Notes under the pieces: generated by a model
What the model was told of the DNA's origin: nothing
Database searches by the model: none
Seen by the model: the letters and a program-made list of their open reading frames with translations, nothing else
Source: Escherichia coli
GTDB lineage: Bacteria > Pseudomonadota > Gammaproteobacteria > Enterobacterales > Enterobacteriaceae
Length of the DNA stretch: 64,000 nt
Assembly (NCBI RefSeq): GCF_044324875.1
Contig: NZ_CP172185.1
Direction: 5' to 3' (one strand)
Translations under genes and position numbers: made by a program
In this document: piece after piece, positions 22,586 to 34,240 of the stretch
Layout: each line of letters opens with the position of its first letter
How positions within the stretch are numbered: the stretch's first letter is position 1

Positions 22586-23986
22586 TTAAGGCTGTACATG
22601 ACGCTGACGCAGGTCGCTAGCAATGCGTGACATCATAGGGTTATTGAGTTTGCAAAAGCGGATCGCCATCGCCAGCAGCAGGTGGAATAGCGCAGGCAGC
22701 AATGTTTCCATTGCTGTGATCCCGCCAAGCGAACTGGCGGTCTGGTTTTCCACGCCTGGCTGGTAGGCGACAAAAATAAACAGCAGGCTGATGATCCCGG
22801 CGCTGGAGGCCCAGGCCAGCTTGATGAAAAACAGATTGAAGGCGAAGTTCATGCCGGAAGAACGTACGCGGGTTTTCCACTCGCCGTAGTCATCGGCAAA
22901 GGCCATCAATGAGAAGTGCAGTGGCAATGTGAAGCCAAGAATCACGCCATTACCGAGGATCACCGCCAGCCACAGCGTTTGATAAGCCGGGCCAGAGGGC
23001 AGGAACCACATCAACACCGCCAGCGCAGCGAGGAGCAGGTTGGTGTAGTAGTAAATTTTGACGGTATCGAAACGCCGCGTTAATGGGCTGACAATCACCG
23101 AGCCGATAATGGAGGCGAAGGTGACCATGGTGAAGAACAGCGACGTGTAGCCCGTACTGCCTTGTAAGACGTAGGTAATGAAGTACATATACCCACCGCC
23201 GCGAATATTAAAGACGTTAATCAGCAGGAAAGACATGACCAGCATCAGCAGCAGTTGGTCGTTGTTTCGCAGCCCGGCAAGATGTTCGCGCAGGGTAAAT
23301 TTCCCCATTGTGGAGAGTGGTACCCGTTCACGAACCCAGAAGAAACAGCACAGGAACATCACCACAGCGATGGCGCACAGCACGCCGACGCCCAGTTGAT
23401 AGCCGCGCGCGGCATTACCCTGACCGAAGAGATCCACCATCCACGGTAAGCCTACCGAAACCAGAAATCCCGCTACACCGCAGAGAACGAATCGCCAGGA
23501 CTGGCAGGAGATCACTTCATTGTGGCGGGTGGTCATGGTGTTGATCAGCGCGCAGTACGGCACGTTGATGGCGGTATAACCGACTGAAAGGAGCAGGTAA
23601 GTGCCGAACGCCCAGGCGATTTTTACTCCCATGCTGGCATCTGGCACGGTGAACGTCAGGATGCCGATAATGCCGATGGGAATGGCAATCCATAACTGCC
23701 ACGGACGAAAGCGCCCCCAGTGACTTTGCGTCCGGTCGGCAATGACGCCCATCACCGGGTCGGAGATGGCATCAAACACGCGCAGTGCAATAAACAGCGT
23801 GCCGACCAGCGCCGGAGTTAAGCCAAAAACGTCGGTGTAGAAAAAGGTGAGAAAGTTCATGATCAGGCAAGTTATTACGGTGCCGCCTGCGTCACCCAGG
23901 CCGTAGCCTATTTTTTCCCGTACAGATAACGCATCGTCAATTTTACCTTTAGCGATATCAGCGGTAGTAATCGGTGTAGAGGTCAT
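22586..23986 (-). CDS. Glycoside-pentoside-hexuronide (GPH) family cation symporter
   Basis: 466-aa ORF, about 12 TM segments, motifs GYGLGDAG and [14 protein letters not shown]. Confidence 0.85.
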   Translation of the reverse strand: MTSTPITTADIAKGKIDDALSVREKIGYGLGDAGGTVITCLIMNFLTFFYTDVFGLTPALVGTLFIALRVFDAISDPVMGVIADRTQSHWGRFRPWQLWIAIPIGIIGILTFTVPDASMGVKIAWAFGTYLLLSVGYTAINVPYCALINTMTTRHNEVISCQSWRFVLCGVAGFLVSVGLPWMVDLFGQGNAARGYQLGVGVLCAIAVVMFLCCFFWVRERVPLSTMGKFTLREHLAGLRNNDQLLLMLVMSFLLINVFNIRGGGYMYFITYVLQGSTGYTSLFFTMVTFASIIGSVIVSPLTRRFDTVKIYYYTNLLLAALAVLMWFLPSGPAYQTLWLAVILGNGVILGFTLPLHFSLMAFADDYGEWKTRVRSSGMNFAFNLFFIKLAWASSAGIISLLFIFVAYQPGVENQTASSLGGITAMETLLPALFHLLLAMAIRFCKLNNPMMSRIASDLRQRHVQP

Positions 23987-24211
23987 AGATATTCCTCGTA
24001 AATAGGGAGCAATTTTTAGTTTTATTGCAATGACCTGATTAATTCTGCCGTGAACGGGAATATCAACAAGGCGAGAAAAGAGTAAAAAAAGGTGACGATT
24101 CCGACCTGAATTTAAAAGTGTGAATTGGATCAGGTGAAATTAATGTTTTTGATTAATAATCAAAAGGTAATGTGTTTGATCATTAATGAATAAGCGGGAA
24201 ATTACATATCA

Positions 24212-25027
24212 ATGCTCGAATTATCCATGACGTTACCGATTAAAGTGCAAAATGGTGGATTATTTATTTCCCGTGGCGTAGGGAGGCATCCGGCAAGGCG
24301 GCTGGAGTCATGGGAAATTATCTTTGTCGAAAAAGGTCGATTAGCGATTCAGGAAGAAGAGCGGATATTTCTGGTCGATGCGGGAGAGAGTTTATTACTC
24401 TGGCCGAACCGACAGCATGTTGGGGTAGAGGATTTTCCCGCCGATCTCAAATTTTACTGGCTGCATTTTGAGGTTAAAGCGCCGGACAACGACCCGCGCT
24501 GGCTCACTCATCTTAGCGTGCCGCAACAAACAAAGGTTGCCGATCGGCAGGCGCTGGTGGCCCTGTTTCGCCAGTTCTTAAGCGAACAGGAAAAGCATCA
24601 ACGCACTCCGGCGCTGGAGTTTATTGTGCTGCTGATTTTGCAGCAACTCACCCGTGACGCGCGTCTTGATGAACAGGCCGATGCCGCAGGTACCACGCTT
24701 GCCTGGAAAGCGCAGAAACTGATCCGCACGCAATATCATCGCCCGCTTTCCACGGCGCTTTTAGCCCGCGAGCTGTACTGCAATGCCGATTATCTTGGGC
24801 GCGTCTACCGGCGGGTGTTTCATCTGACGTTAACAGAAGCAATTCATCGCCAGCGAGTGCGCGAAGCCGAAAAGCTGTTAATTAGCGAAGCGCGATCGCT
24901 CACTGAAGTGGCTGCGTTGTGCGGGTTTAATGACGTTGGCTATTTCCGACAGATTTTTCGCAAACACACCGGTTTAACGCCAGCTGCGTGGAAGCGACGT
25001 TACAGCAAGGAACATATCAATTCGTAG
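24212..25027 (+). CDS. AraC/XylS-family transcriptional regulator (cupin sensor plus HTH)
   Basis: 271-aa ORF divergent from the symporter; C-terminal HTH region (TEVAALCGFNDVGYFRQIFRKHTG). Confidence 0.85.
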   Translation: MLELSMTLPIKVQNGGLFISRGVGRHPARRLESWEIIFVEKGRLAIQEEERIFLVDAGESLLLWPNRQHVGVEDFPADLKFYWLHFEVKAPDNDPRWLTHLSVPQQTKVADRQALVALFRQFLSEQEKHQRTPALEFIVLLILQQLTRDARLDEQADAAGTTLAWKAQKLIRTQYHRPLSTALLARELYCNADYLGRVYRRVFHLTLTEAIHRQRVREAEKLLISEARSLTEVAALCGFNDVGYFRQIFRKHTGLTPAAWKRRYSKEHINS

Positions 25028-25058
25028 TGCCGGGGCAATGAAGCCCCGGCGTGAGGGA

Positions 25059-25754
25059 TTACTGCCCGTAATAGGCATTGGCCCCATGCTTACGCAGGTA
25101 GTGCTTATCTAACAGTTCGTTTTGCATCGCAGGGAGCTGCGGCGCAAGCTGACGCGAGAACAGGCCCATATAGGCACACTCTTCCAGCACCACGGCGTTA
25201 TGCACTGCATCGGCGGCATTTTTTCCCCAGGCGAACGGGCCGTGAGAATGTACCAGAACCGCCGGGATTTGCGCTGGACTCCTGCCGCGTTCTTCGAGGG
25301 TTTCAATGATCACTTCGCCAGTCTGGTATTCATACTCGCCGTTGATCTCTTCTGCGGTCATCAGGCGCGTGCAGGGGATGGCTCCATAGAAGTAATCGGC
25401 GTGCGTGGTGCCCCAGGCGGGGAGATCCAGCCCGGCCTGTGACCAGATGGTCGCGTGGCGCGAGTGGGTATGCACAATGCCACCGATTTCGGCATAGCGA
25501 CGGTAGAGCGCCAGATGCGTTGGCGTGTCGGACGAGGGCTTTTTGCTGCCTTCCACCCCCTTACCGCTGGCTATCTCAACCACCACCATATCGTCGGCGG
25601 TCATCACGTCGTACTCGACGCCGGAAGGTTTGATTACCATCCATTGCCGCGTTTCGTCTACCGCGCTGACATTGCCCCAGGTGAACGTCACCAGATGGTG
25701 AGCGGGAAGCGCCAGATTCGCCGCCAGCACGTCGGCTTTCAGTTGCTCTAACAT
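25059..25754 (-). CDS. sgbE: L-ribulose-5-phosphate 4-epimerase
   Basis: 231-aa [33 protein letters not shown]..., class II aldolase/epimerase fold. Confidence 0.95.
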   Translation of the reverse strand: MLEQLKADVLAANLALPAHHLVTFTWGNVSAVDETRQWMVIKPSGVEYDVMTADDMVVVEIASGKGVEGSKKPSSDTPTHLALYRRYAEIGGIVHTHSRHATIWSQAGLDLPAWGTTHADYFYGAIPCTRLMTAEEINGEYEYQTGEVIIETLEERGRSPAQIPAVLVHSHGPFAWGKNAADAVHNAVVLEECAYMGLFSRQLAPQLPAMQNELLDKHYLRKHGANAYYGQ

Positions 25755-26608
25755 ATAAATCCAGCCTCCTGCATACGCGCTTCAATCCAGCGCCGCGCCT
25801 GAATAATCTCCAGCACCGGCTCTTTGGCTTTTTCGGTCCACATCTCAATCAGGAAAGAACCGCGATAGTTCAGTTCATGCAGCGTTTTGAAGATGCCAAC
25901 GAAATCGACGCAGCCTTCGCCAAACGGCACATCACGGAACTGTCCGGGACTTTGCTCGGTGACTGGCCGGGTGTCTTTCAGGTGGATTGCGGCAATACGG
26001 TCAATGCCCAGTTTCAGTTCGGCGGAAACATCATTGCCCCAGGCGCTGAGGTTGCCGACGTCCGGGTAGACGGTGAACCACGGCGAGGCGAGCATCTCGT
26101 CCCACTTTTTCCATTTGCTGATGGAGTTCATAAACGCGGTATCCATAATCTCCACCGCCAGCATTACTTGTGATGCCGCCGCCTGTTCGACCGCCCACGC
26201 CAGCCCTTCAGCAAAACGTTGCTGGGTGCCTTCGTCGTGGTCTTCGTAATAGACGTCATAACCCGCCAGTTGAATGGTGCGAATGCCGAGATCGCGCGCC
26301 AGGCGAATCGCTTTACTCATGATTTCCCGCGCCCGTTCGCGCACCGCCTTGTCCCGGCTGCCAAAGGGGAAACGACGATGGGCAGACAGGCACATTGACG
26401 GAATGGCAACACCCGTTTCGATCATCGCAGTGACCAGCGAAGCACGTTGTGCGGCGCTCCAGTCAAGGCGTGACAAACGTTCGTCAGTTTCATCCACCGA
26501 CATTTCGACAAAATCAAAACCGCAGCTTTTCGCCAGCACCAGCCGCTCGGGCCAGGAGAGATCTTTCGCCAGCGCTTTTTCATAAACTCCTAACGGATGA
26601 TTACGCAC
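25748..26608 (-). CDS. sgbU: L-xylulose-5-phosphate 3-epimerase
   Basis: Track ORF starts at a far-upstream TTG; likely start is GTG at 26606-26608 preceded by GGGGAGG SD, giving 286 aa [15 protein letters not shown]... Confidence 0.85.
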   Translation of the reverse strand: MRNHPLGVYEKALAKDLSWPERLVLAKSCGFDFVEMSVDETDERLSRLDWSAAQRASLVTAMIETGVAIPSMCLSAHRRFPFGSRDKAVRERAREIMSKAIRLARDLGIRTIQLAGYDVYYEDHDEGTQQRFAEGLAWAVEQAAASQVMLAVEIMDTAFMNSISKWKKWDEMLASPWFTVYPDVGNLSAWGNDVSAELKLGIDRIAAIHLKDTRPVTEQSPGQFRDVPFGEGCVDFVGIFKTLHELNYRGSFLIEMWTEKAKEPVLEIIQARRWIEARMQEAGFIC

Positions 26609-27263
26609 GCGCGCCTCCCCAGATGGCATCAATTTGCGCATGAAAATCAGCGGCCACTTGCGCCGGATTTGCTGCGCCTGCCAGCGCCCGCCCGGCAATA
26701 AACGCTTTCACGCGGATATCTTTAAACAGCGGCAGGTCAGCAGGGGTAATCCCGCCGGTAATGGAAAGCTCAAGGCCGATATCGGAAAGTGCCTTCATGC
26801 GTGCCAGATCGGCTTCGCCCCACTGTTGCCCGCTGGCTTGCGCGTCACGACCGCGATGATAAATGGCCTGCCGCACGCCAATACGATGCCAGTCGCGGGC
26901 GTCGTCCAGCGTCCAGTTACCGAACAGCTCTATCTGAATTTCACCACCGCAGCGTTGCGCCATCGCGTGGCCTTTTTCCACCGTCGCGAGCGGCGCGGCG
27001 CAGATGATGGTCATCCAGTTGGCACCCGCGCCAAACGCCTGTTGCGCGAGCGTTTCACCCGCGTCGGCGACCTTCCAGTCAGCAACGATGATTTTATCCG
27101 GGCATTGTTCGCGTAAGGCTTTCACCGCGCCAAGCCCTTCGTTTAAACAGAGAATGGTGCCTGCTTCGACGATATCGACGCTGTCTTTTAACAGCGTCAC
27201 GTCGCGCTGTGCGTCTTCAAGTGATGAGTGGTCGAGGGCCAGTTGCAGAAGTGGTCGGCTCAT
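26601..27263 (-). CDS. sgbH: 3-keto-L-gulonate-6-phosphate decarboxylase
   Basis: 220-aa [24 protein letters not shown]..., OMP-decarboxylase-like. Confidence 0.95.
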   Translation of the reverse strand: MSRPLLQLALDHSSLEDAQRDVTLLKDSVDIVEAGTILCLNEGLGAVKALREQCPDKIIVADWKVADAGETLAQQAFGAGANWMTIICAAPLATVEKGHAMAQRCGGEIQIELFGNWTLDDARDWHRIGVRQAIYHRGRDAQASGQQWGEADLARMKALSDIGLELSITGGITPADLPLFKDIRVKAFIAGRALAGAANPAQVAADFHAQIDAIWGGARA

Positions 27264-28756
27264 AATGTGTGCTCCTTGATGCGGGCGTGAAAGCCCTGAA
27301 GTGCGGCAATGAGATGCTGATAGCGTTGGTATTTTTGTTGGTAAAGCTGATGTGCGGTCATATCCGGCAGCAGGGTGCGTACCGGGTGCTGTAAATCACG
27401 TTGGGCTTCGCTGAAATCGCGATAAACTCCGGTGCCGACGCGGGCGGCAAGTGCCGCACCAAAGCAGCCGGTTTCTTCCACCTGCGGCAGTTCGATACGC
27501 AGCCCGCTGACGTCCGCCAGCATTTGCATCCAGACATCGGAATGCGCCGGGCCGCCAGTGACGCGCAGGGTGTGCACATCAGTAAAACGTTCGCGCATCC
27601 GGTTGAGATGGGTCATATGGCTGAACACCACGCCTTCATAAATGGCCTGCAACAGGTGTGCGCGGGTGTGAATGGCCTGCATCCCGTAGAAACCGCTGGT
27701 CATCTCGAGTCCGGCGTTGCTGCCGTACAGGAACGGCAGGAAAAAGAGATCGCCCCCGGCCTTTGGCAAGCTGGCAACGGCCTGGTTAATCTCATCAAAC
27801 GAGATTTCTCCCCACTGTGCGGTAAACCATTCGAGGTTGCCGGAAGAGGTGGGGCTGGCTTCGTGAACGATAAATTGACCATCGTTAACGTAGCGACCAT
27901 AGACATACGGATGCGCTTCACCGTCACGTAAACCACGGGTTATGCCGCTGGTCACCGCCCAGGTTCCCATCACCGCATTGAGGGTGAATTCGTCTTCGAT
28001 CCCGGCGCAGAGTGCGGTGGAAACCACATCAAACAGGCCGCCGACAACGGGCGTACCCGCTTTCAGACCGGTCAGTGCGGCTGTCTGAGCGGTGATCTCC
28101 CCGCAGATTTCGGCAGATCCGACAACAGGCGGCAGGGCGTGGTTGATTTCAGCGATCCCCAGCCAGTCGGTGAGGCACGGGTCATATTCCCCAAGACTCA
28201 TGTTGTAGAGATTGGACTCAGAAATATTGCTCTCTTCGCAACCTTTGACGCCGGTTAAACACCAGCGCAGGTAGTCGTGCGTCATCATCACGCAGCCAAT
28301 TTGCGCGTAGCGTTCCGGTTCGTGCTCTTTCAGCCAGCGTAATAGCGACACCGGATGCCCGGTCCACAAGGTTTGTCGCGTCAGCGGGTAGAGTTTTTCC
28401 GGGATGCCATCTTCCTGCCAGCGACGAACGATTTCCATCGCCCGGCGATCCGAGGACAAAATGGCGTTACCGAGCGGCTTGTCGTTTTTATCCAGCAAAA
28501 ACAAGCCCTTTCCCTGTGCGGAGATGCCGATACCGACTATTTGTTCCCCGCTAACACCAGAATGAGTAAGCAGGGGGCGAATGACAGCCATGCAGCATTG
28601 CCACAGTTCTGCCATATCGCGCTCTGCCCAGCCTGGCTGCGGGCTTAATGCGCACAGCGGCAGGCGTTGTACGCCTGCCTCCCGGCCTTCGCGGTCATAC
28701 AGCCCGGCTTTCAGCCAGCTACCGCCACAATCTAACCCCAGCCAGTATTGCGTCAT
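27260..28756 (-). CDS. lyxK: L-xylulose / 3-keto-L-gulonate kinase
   Basis: 498-aa ORF, FGGY sugar kinase signature (MTQYWLGLDCGGSWLKAGLYD). Confidence 0.95.
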   Translation of the reverse strand: MTQYWLGLDCGGSWLKAGLYDREGREAGVQRLPLCALSPQPGWAERDMAELWQCCMAVIRPLLTHSGVSGEQIVGIGISAQGKGLFLLDKNDKPLGNAILSSDRRAMEIVRRWQEDGIPEKLYPLTRQTLWTGHPVSLLRWLKEHEPERYAQIGCVMMTHDYLRWCLTGVKGCEESNISESNLYNMSLGEYDPCLTDWLGIAEINHALPPVVGSAEICGEITAQTAALTGLKAGTPVVGGLFDVVSTALCAGIEDEFTLNAVMGTWAVTSGITRGLRDGEAHPYVYGRYVNDGQFIVHEASPTSSGNLEWFTAQWGEISFDEINQAVASLPKAGGDLFFLPFLYGSNAGLEMTSGFYGMQAIHTRAHLLQAIYEGVVFSHMTHLNRMRERFTDVHTLRVTGGPAHSDVWMQMLADVSGLRIELPQVEETGCFGAALAARVGTGVYRDFSEAQRDLQHPVRTLLPDMTAHQLYQQKYQRYQHLIAALQGFHARIKEHTL

Positions 28757-28759
28757 GGT

Positions 28760-29746
28760 TTATTGCACCTCATCCACGGCTTTCAGCAGATCAGCTCCCT
28801 GCGGCACATCTTTAACAAACATGTCGCGAACCTGATTCCCCAGTGCGTCGCTAAAGGCTTTGCGGTCGAGATCGGTGATGACTTCCACGCCCGCTTCTTT
28901 CATGCCGTCGATGATTTTTTGCTGATCTTCGGCAACCAGTTTGCGCTGGTAGTTACCCGCTTCCTGCGCAGATGAGATCAGCGCCTGCTGGAACTCCGGG
29001 GTTAAGCCGTCAAACTTCGCTTTGTTGATCACCACCAGAAGTGGCGAATAGGCGTGGTGCGTCAGAGAAAGGTACTTCTGTACTTCGAAAAATTTTGCTG
29101 ACCAGACGACGTTGATCGGGTGTTCCTGAGCGTCGATAGTGCGCGTTTCCAGCCCGGTATAGACTTCGGCAAACGGCATCGGGATCGGGTTAGCGCCAAA
29201 GACTTTGAATGCGGCGATATTCATCGGGCTATTGTTGGTGCGAATTTTCAGCCCTTTCAGGTCGGCGGGGGTTTTAACCGGTGCGCGCGAGTTGGTGACA
29301 TCGCGCCAGCCGTTTTCCCAGTAGGCAAGTACTTTCAGTCCTTTACCTTCAAGGGAGACTTTCAGGTCATCACCGACTTTGCCGTCGAGCGTTTTATGCG
29401 CGTGAGCGGTATCGCGGAACAGGAAAGGGACATCAAGCAGGTTGATGACGGGCGAGAGTCCCGTAAAGTTATTGGAGCCGGACATCTCCATATCAATAGT
29501 GCCGCCACGCACGCCGCTGATCATCGCCTGCGCATTACCGAGGGTGCTATCCGGAAACAATTTTAATTTCAGTTCGCCTTTGGTTTTTTCCTGTAATAAT
29601 TCATTGAATTTTTTCGCTGCAATATGTTGCGAGTCGGTTTGCGATGTTTCATAACCGAAACGTAATGATTGTGCCGCCAGAGAAGATGTGCTGAACGCCG
29701 CCACTCCGGCAATTAATAAAGCGTAGGTTACAGAACGTAATTTCAT
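28760..29746 (-). CDS. yiaO: TRAP transporter solute-binding protein (2,3-diketo-L-gulonate)
   Basis: 328-aa ORF with signal peptide, DctP-family. Confidence 0.9.
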   Translation of the reverse strand: MKLRSVTYALLIAGVAAFSTSSLAAQSLRFGYETSQTDSQHIAAKKFNELLQEKTKGELKLKLFPDSTLGNAQAMISGVRGGTIDMEMSGSNNFTGLSPVINLLDVPFLFRDTAHAHKTLDGKVGDDLKVSLEGKGLKVLAYWENGWRDVTNSRAPVKTPADLKGLKIRTNNSPMNIAAFKVFGANPIPMPFAEVYTGLETRTIDAQEHPINVVWSAKFFEVQKYLSLTHHAYSPLLVVINKAKFDGLTPEFQQALISSAQEAGNYQRKLVAEDQQKIIDGMKEAGVEVITDLDRKAFSDALGNQVRDMFVKDVPQGADLLKAVDEVQ

Positions 29747-29758
29747 TATGATTTCCTT

Positions 29759-31036
29759 TTAACTCATCCATTTAAGAGGAGCGGTAATGAGCTCCGGTAT
29801 AAAAATAAATAATGCTAACAACATGAATAAAACCATGACGTAAGGCGCAACGCCTTTTACCGCATCGTCAAATTTAAGTTTCGCTACGCCGCATACCACG
29901 TTAAGAACATTACCGACCGGAGGCGTAATCAGTGATATTGAACAGTTGATAATAAACATGATGCCGAAATAGACCGGATCTATTCCCGCTTCTTTCACTA
30001 ATGGCATTAATACTGGTGTAAGAATTAATACGGTAGGCGTTAAGTCCATGACCGTACTGATCACCATAATAGCGAGCATAATAACGATGAATAATAAGCG
30101 AGGCGAATCAACCAACGGTTGTAATAGCTCCGATACCATCATGGGTAATTCGGCGATCGTAATAAGCCATGCAGATACCTCAGCAGAGGCCACCAGGAAC
30201 ATCACCACGGAAGTGGTTTTCGCCGCGTTAATCAGGACATGATAAAGCGTGGAGAAGGTCATTTCGCGATAGACCACCACCGAGACGAACAGAGCGTAGA
30301 AGGCGGCAACCGCGCCTGCTTCGGTCGGTGTAAATAACCCCGAACGGAAACCGCCAATAATAATTATCGGTAAAAAGAGCGCCCAAATACCGGAAACTAA
30401 GGATTGCCAGACTTCTCGCAGTGAGGCTTTCGGCTGACAAGGTAAATTCAGTCGTTTTGCCTGCCACCACCAGGTAACCATCAGCGTGACACCCATCATG
30501 ATGCCCGGTGCGATGCCCGCCATAAACAGTTTGCTGATGGAGAGTCCGCTGGAGACGCCGAAGATAATGAGCGGAATAGAGGGCGGGATAATGGCCGCAA
30601 TAATACCCCCGGAACCGATAAGCCCGGCGGCGCGGTTTACCGGATAGTTGGCCTGGCGCATCATCGGCACCAGCAGTGCCGCAACAGCTGCGGTATCAGC
30701 AACAGCAGAACCGGACAGGCTTGCCATGATCATCGCTGCCAGCACGCCCACGTAACCCAGACCGCCTGGTCTGTGGCCCACCAGTTTCATTGGCAAGTCG
30801 ACAATACGTTGCGACAGGCCGCCTGCGTTCATGATCTCACCCGCCAGCACAAAGAAGGGAATGGCTAACAGGGAGAAGCTGTCTGCGCCATTTACCAACG
30901 TTTGCGCCAGAATCTGGACATCGAAGATGTCCATCCAGAACATCAATGAGATGCCGCACAGTAATAATGCCCAGGCGATGGGAACGCCAAGAGCGATAGC
31001 CCCTAACAAACTGACAATAAATATAAGGATTGTCAT
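29759..31036 (-). CDS. yiaN: TRAP transporter large permease
   Basis: Track ORF trimmed to ATG 31034-31036 (MTILIFIVSLLGAIALGVPIAW), 425 aa, polytopic. Confidence 0.9.
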   Translation of the reverse strand: MTILIFIVSLLGAIALGVPIAWALLLCGISLMFWMDIFDVQILAQTLVNGADSFSLLAIPFFVLAGEIMNAGGLSQRIVDLPMKLVGHRPGGLGYVGVLAAMIMASLSGSAVADTAAVAALLVPMMRQANYPVNRAAGLIGSGGIIAAIIPPSIPLIIFGVSSGLSISKLFMAGIAPGIMMGVTLMVTWWWQAKRLNLPCQPKASLREVWQSLVSGIWALFLPIIIIGGFRSGLFTPTEAGAVAAFYALFVSVVVYREMTFSTLYHVLINAAKTTSVVMFLVASAEVSAWLITIAELPMMVSELLQPLVDSPRLLFIVIMLAIMVISTVMDLTPTVLILTPVLMPLVKEAGIDPVYFGIMFIINCSISLITPPVGNVLNVVCGVAKLKFDDAVKGVAPYVMVLFMLLALFIFIPELITAPLKWMS

Positions 31037-31038
31037 CG

Positions 31039-31506
31039 TCAGGCTCCTTGTTGTTTTCGGCTGGGGGTATTTGTGAACTGCCGGTATAAGTGACGCAATT
31101 CCAGCAATGCGATAATCAGACTGGTGGGGATAGCGGCGGCGTACATTAAGCCAACGGGGACGCCAAGAATGGGCGATAAGTTGCTCCAGTCTTGCGCTGT
31201 TTTTTCTATAGCGCCCCAGGCCAGCCCCAGACACAGCAATAAAATGAGCGTATGGGTTAGCAGCGAAACACGTTGTTGATTAGCAGGTGAGAGTTTTTCG
31301 ACTAAAAAAGTAACCTGCACATGGCTGTTGTCCATATAAGCAACGATTGCGCCAATAAAGGTTAACCAGACAAATAAAAGTCGGGATAATTCATCAATCG
31401 ATAATATACTTGTGTGGAATCCATATCGAAGAATGATATTAATAAAAATAATACAAGACAGTATTGCGATGATGATCGCAAGAATGCCTTCGAGTATCCG
31501 TTTCAT
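31039..31506 (-). CDS. yiaM: TRAP transporter small permease
   Basis: 155-aa ORF with four hydrophobic segments. Confidence 0.9.
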   Translation of the reverse strand: MKRILEGILAIIIAILSCIIFINIILRYGFHTSILSIDELSRLLFVWLTFIGAIVAYMDNSHVQVTFLVEKLSPANQQRVSLLTHTLILLLCLGLAWGAIEKTAQDWSNLSPILGVPVGLMYAAAIPTSLIIALLELRHLYRQFTNTPSRKQQGA

Positions 31507-31620
31507 AACGAGTCCTTCTTGTTATGCTATATGTTTTCATTAATTGATATTATTGGTATTCGTAATATTTATTGGAAAGCGACTAATCAGAGATTCAATG
31601 TGCTATTTAAGTGAAACGGA

Positions 31621-32541
31621 TTAACGAGATTCATTCAGAGAGTGAATGCCGTTACGTAATATTTCGATGCGATGGTGCACATCAGCCGTCGCATTTATTT
31701 CCAGTAGCTTGATCCCAGCAAAATGCAATGTTGACGATTCTGCTACATTAAATAACTCGCGAACATGATCTGTGGTCATCAGGCTTTCTGCGCAGAATGG
31801 TGCAAACGGCGCGTGTAAATCCTGCCATTCTCCGTATGCTCCGTTTAGCGTCGTACCAGAGAACATCAACGCGCCGAGTTTTCCGGCTTGTTTCGCCATT
31901 TGGGTATGGGTCAGCGGCAACGCTGTATTGCGCCCTTCAATAGCGGAGCGCGCCCAGTTTATACAGATGCTGATGTCATAATCGGCAATAACTTCCAGCA
32001 CATTTTCTAAAGGCAAAAAGCCTTTGCGTGGAGAGGCAGATGTCATGGCGTCGCAGTGTTCCAGCACCAGTTTGCACGGCCAGTCCCAACTGGCGATTTC
32101 TTTTAACGAGCGGGCAAAAGCATCCGTCGCTTGTATAACATTAGGATTCGTTGCTAACGGTGCAGCCTGGATCTCCAGTGCGAGAACTTTATTGGCCTGC
32201 AATGAGTTGATTTTATTTAATAAGTGTCGATAGTACGCCACGCAGGCCTTGCGTTGTTCTTCATCGCTGGAGGCGAGACCAAAGCCGTTGTTTTCGCTGC
32301 GGCGACGCATGGTTTCCATCACTGCGGTGACGACAAATTTCCAGCTCTCTGGCGTATGACGGAGTAACCATTGATCGCCAAGAGGGTGGAAATTTTCCAG
32401 GCAGGGTTGTTCCAGACCGCGAATATCAGGGGTATCTGATAATTGTCGCCAGAATTCCTTCTCTTCCTCTTCACTTCTTTGATGAAAAGAAGGTGCACAG
32501 GGATACGCACCGATAATATAACCGGCATTATTCGCTTTCAT
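31621..32541 (-). CDS. Hypothetical protein (306 aa) embedded in the yiaK-sgbE operon; not a member of the recalled K-12 operon set
   Basis: Complete ORF co-oriented with the operon, 23 bp downstream of yiaL and 114 bp upstream of yiaM; no recognisable motif by eye. Confidence 0.65.
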   Translation of the reverse strand: MKANNAGYIIGAYPCAPSFHQRSEEEEKEFWRQLSDTPDIRGLEQPCLENFHPLGDQWLLRHTPESWKFVVTAVMETMRRRSENNGFGLASSDEEQRKACVAYYRHLLNKINSLQANKVLALEIQAAPLATNPNVIQATDAFARSLKEIASWDWPCKLVLEHCDAMTSASPRKGFLPLENVLEVIADYDISICINWARSAIEGRNTALPLTHTQMAKQAGKLGALMFSGTTLNGAYGEWQDLHAPFAPFCAESLMTTDHVRELFNVAESSTLHFAGIKLLEINATADVHHRIEILRNGIHSLNESR

Positions 32542-32564
32542 TTTGTGCTCCAGTAATAACTTTT

Positions 32565-33032
<468 letters not shown>

Positions 33033-33040
33033 TTATCTCC

Positions 33041-34039
33041 TTATAACGCCTGGATTTTTGCCCACACGCTGTCATCAACCGTAATGCCGTTACGGCGGTT
33101 TTCGGCCAGCAGGGTAGTAAATTCGTGGCCGGGTAATCGAATGGCCTGATTTTCGTCAGCGCGTTCAGCGGTGGTAACGTAATCCATGATGCGTTGCAGC
33201 TTGGCATCGCGGGTGGCACCGTCGATAAGCTTGTCCACTTCAATGGCAATAAAAATTTGTGAAATGCCGTATTCGTCGCTGTTGTCCTGGGTGACTTCGG
33301 CAACCGATGCGCCGTCAGAAAGGAGAGTGGCGATCATATCCAGCACAATCGACATGCCCGAACCTTTCCAGTAACCCATCGGCAAAATTCGGCGATTTTT
33401 CTCGATAACGCCAGGTTCTTTGGTCAAATTACCCTCATCATCAAAGCCACCATCTACCGGGAGCTGACGACCTGCCAGACGGTTAACTTCTAACATGCCG
33501 TAGGAAAACATCGACATCGACATATCGACAATGGTGATTGGGGTAGAAGGAATGGCGACGATCAGCGGGTTAGTGCCGATGCGACACTCTTTTGCGCCCC
33601 ACGGCGGCATTACGGCAATGGAGTTGGTCCAGCAAATACCAATATAGCCTTTTTCCGCCGCTTGCCAGCCGTAGCTACCACCGCGCATCCAGTGGTTGGC
33701 ATTACGTAGTGCCACCAGACCAATACCGTGATCGGCAGCCAGTTCAATGGCGCGATCCATCATCTTTTTCGCCGTCAGATTGCCGATCGAACGCTGGGCG
33801 TCCCACTGTTCAATTGCGCCAAGGCTGGTTATACGTTTGGGTTGGGCATCAGGAATGATATCGCCGTTTTCCAGCTGTTGAATGAAACGAGGGAAACGAT
33901 TAACGCCGTGAGAATAAACGCCGGATTCGGTGGTGCGGGCGAACATCTCTGCACAGGCGTCAGCCGTTTCACTGTCAACGCCGCGTGAAATTAAGACTCG
34001 ATTAAAGGCTGCTTTTAACTGCTCAAATGTCACTTTCAT
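33041..34039 (-). CDS. yiaK: 2,3-diketo-L-gulonate reductase
   Basis: 332-aa ORF, Ldh_2 (malate/L-lactate dehydrogenase-like) family. Confidence 0.95.
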   Translation of the reverse strand: MKVTFEQLKAAFNRVLISRGVDSETADACAEMFARTTESGVYSHGVNRFPRFIQQLENGDIIPDAQPKRITSLGAIEQWDAQRSIGNLTAKKMMDRAIELAADHGIGLVALRNANHWMRGGSYGWQAAEKGYIGICWTNSIAVMPPWGAKECRIGTNPLIVAIPSTPITIVDMSMSMFSYGMLEVNRLAGRQLPVDGGFDDEGNLTKEPGVIEKNRRILPMGYWKGSGMSIVLDMIATLLSDGASVAEVTQDNSDEYGISQIFIAIEVDKLIDGATRDAKLQRIMDYVTTAERADENQAIRLPGHEFTTLLAENRRNGITVDDSVWAKIQAL

Positions 34040-34240
34040 CCCTGGCTTCCTTGTTTTTTTTGATCGCTTTTTTGGCTTAAAATTTCAATATGCGAAATCT
34101 GATTTCAAATATATCGATCGCTTTTTAACAAAGCAATCTGATTGATGAATTTCAAAAAACTTAAAAATCAAGTGGTTATAAATTATCTGTCGAGATCGTG
34201 AACTACGACACACTTTGCGCTACCATCAGGACGCGACAAA

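Noticed and set aside
22576-22623. Upstream starts for the GH127-like gene at 22599 (ATG) or 22623 (TTG)
   Set aside because: Both lie inside the symporter coding region; the ATG at 22573-22575 has a strong TAAGGAG Shine-Dalgarno
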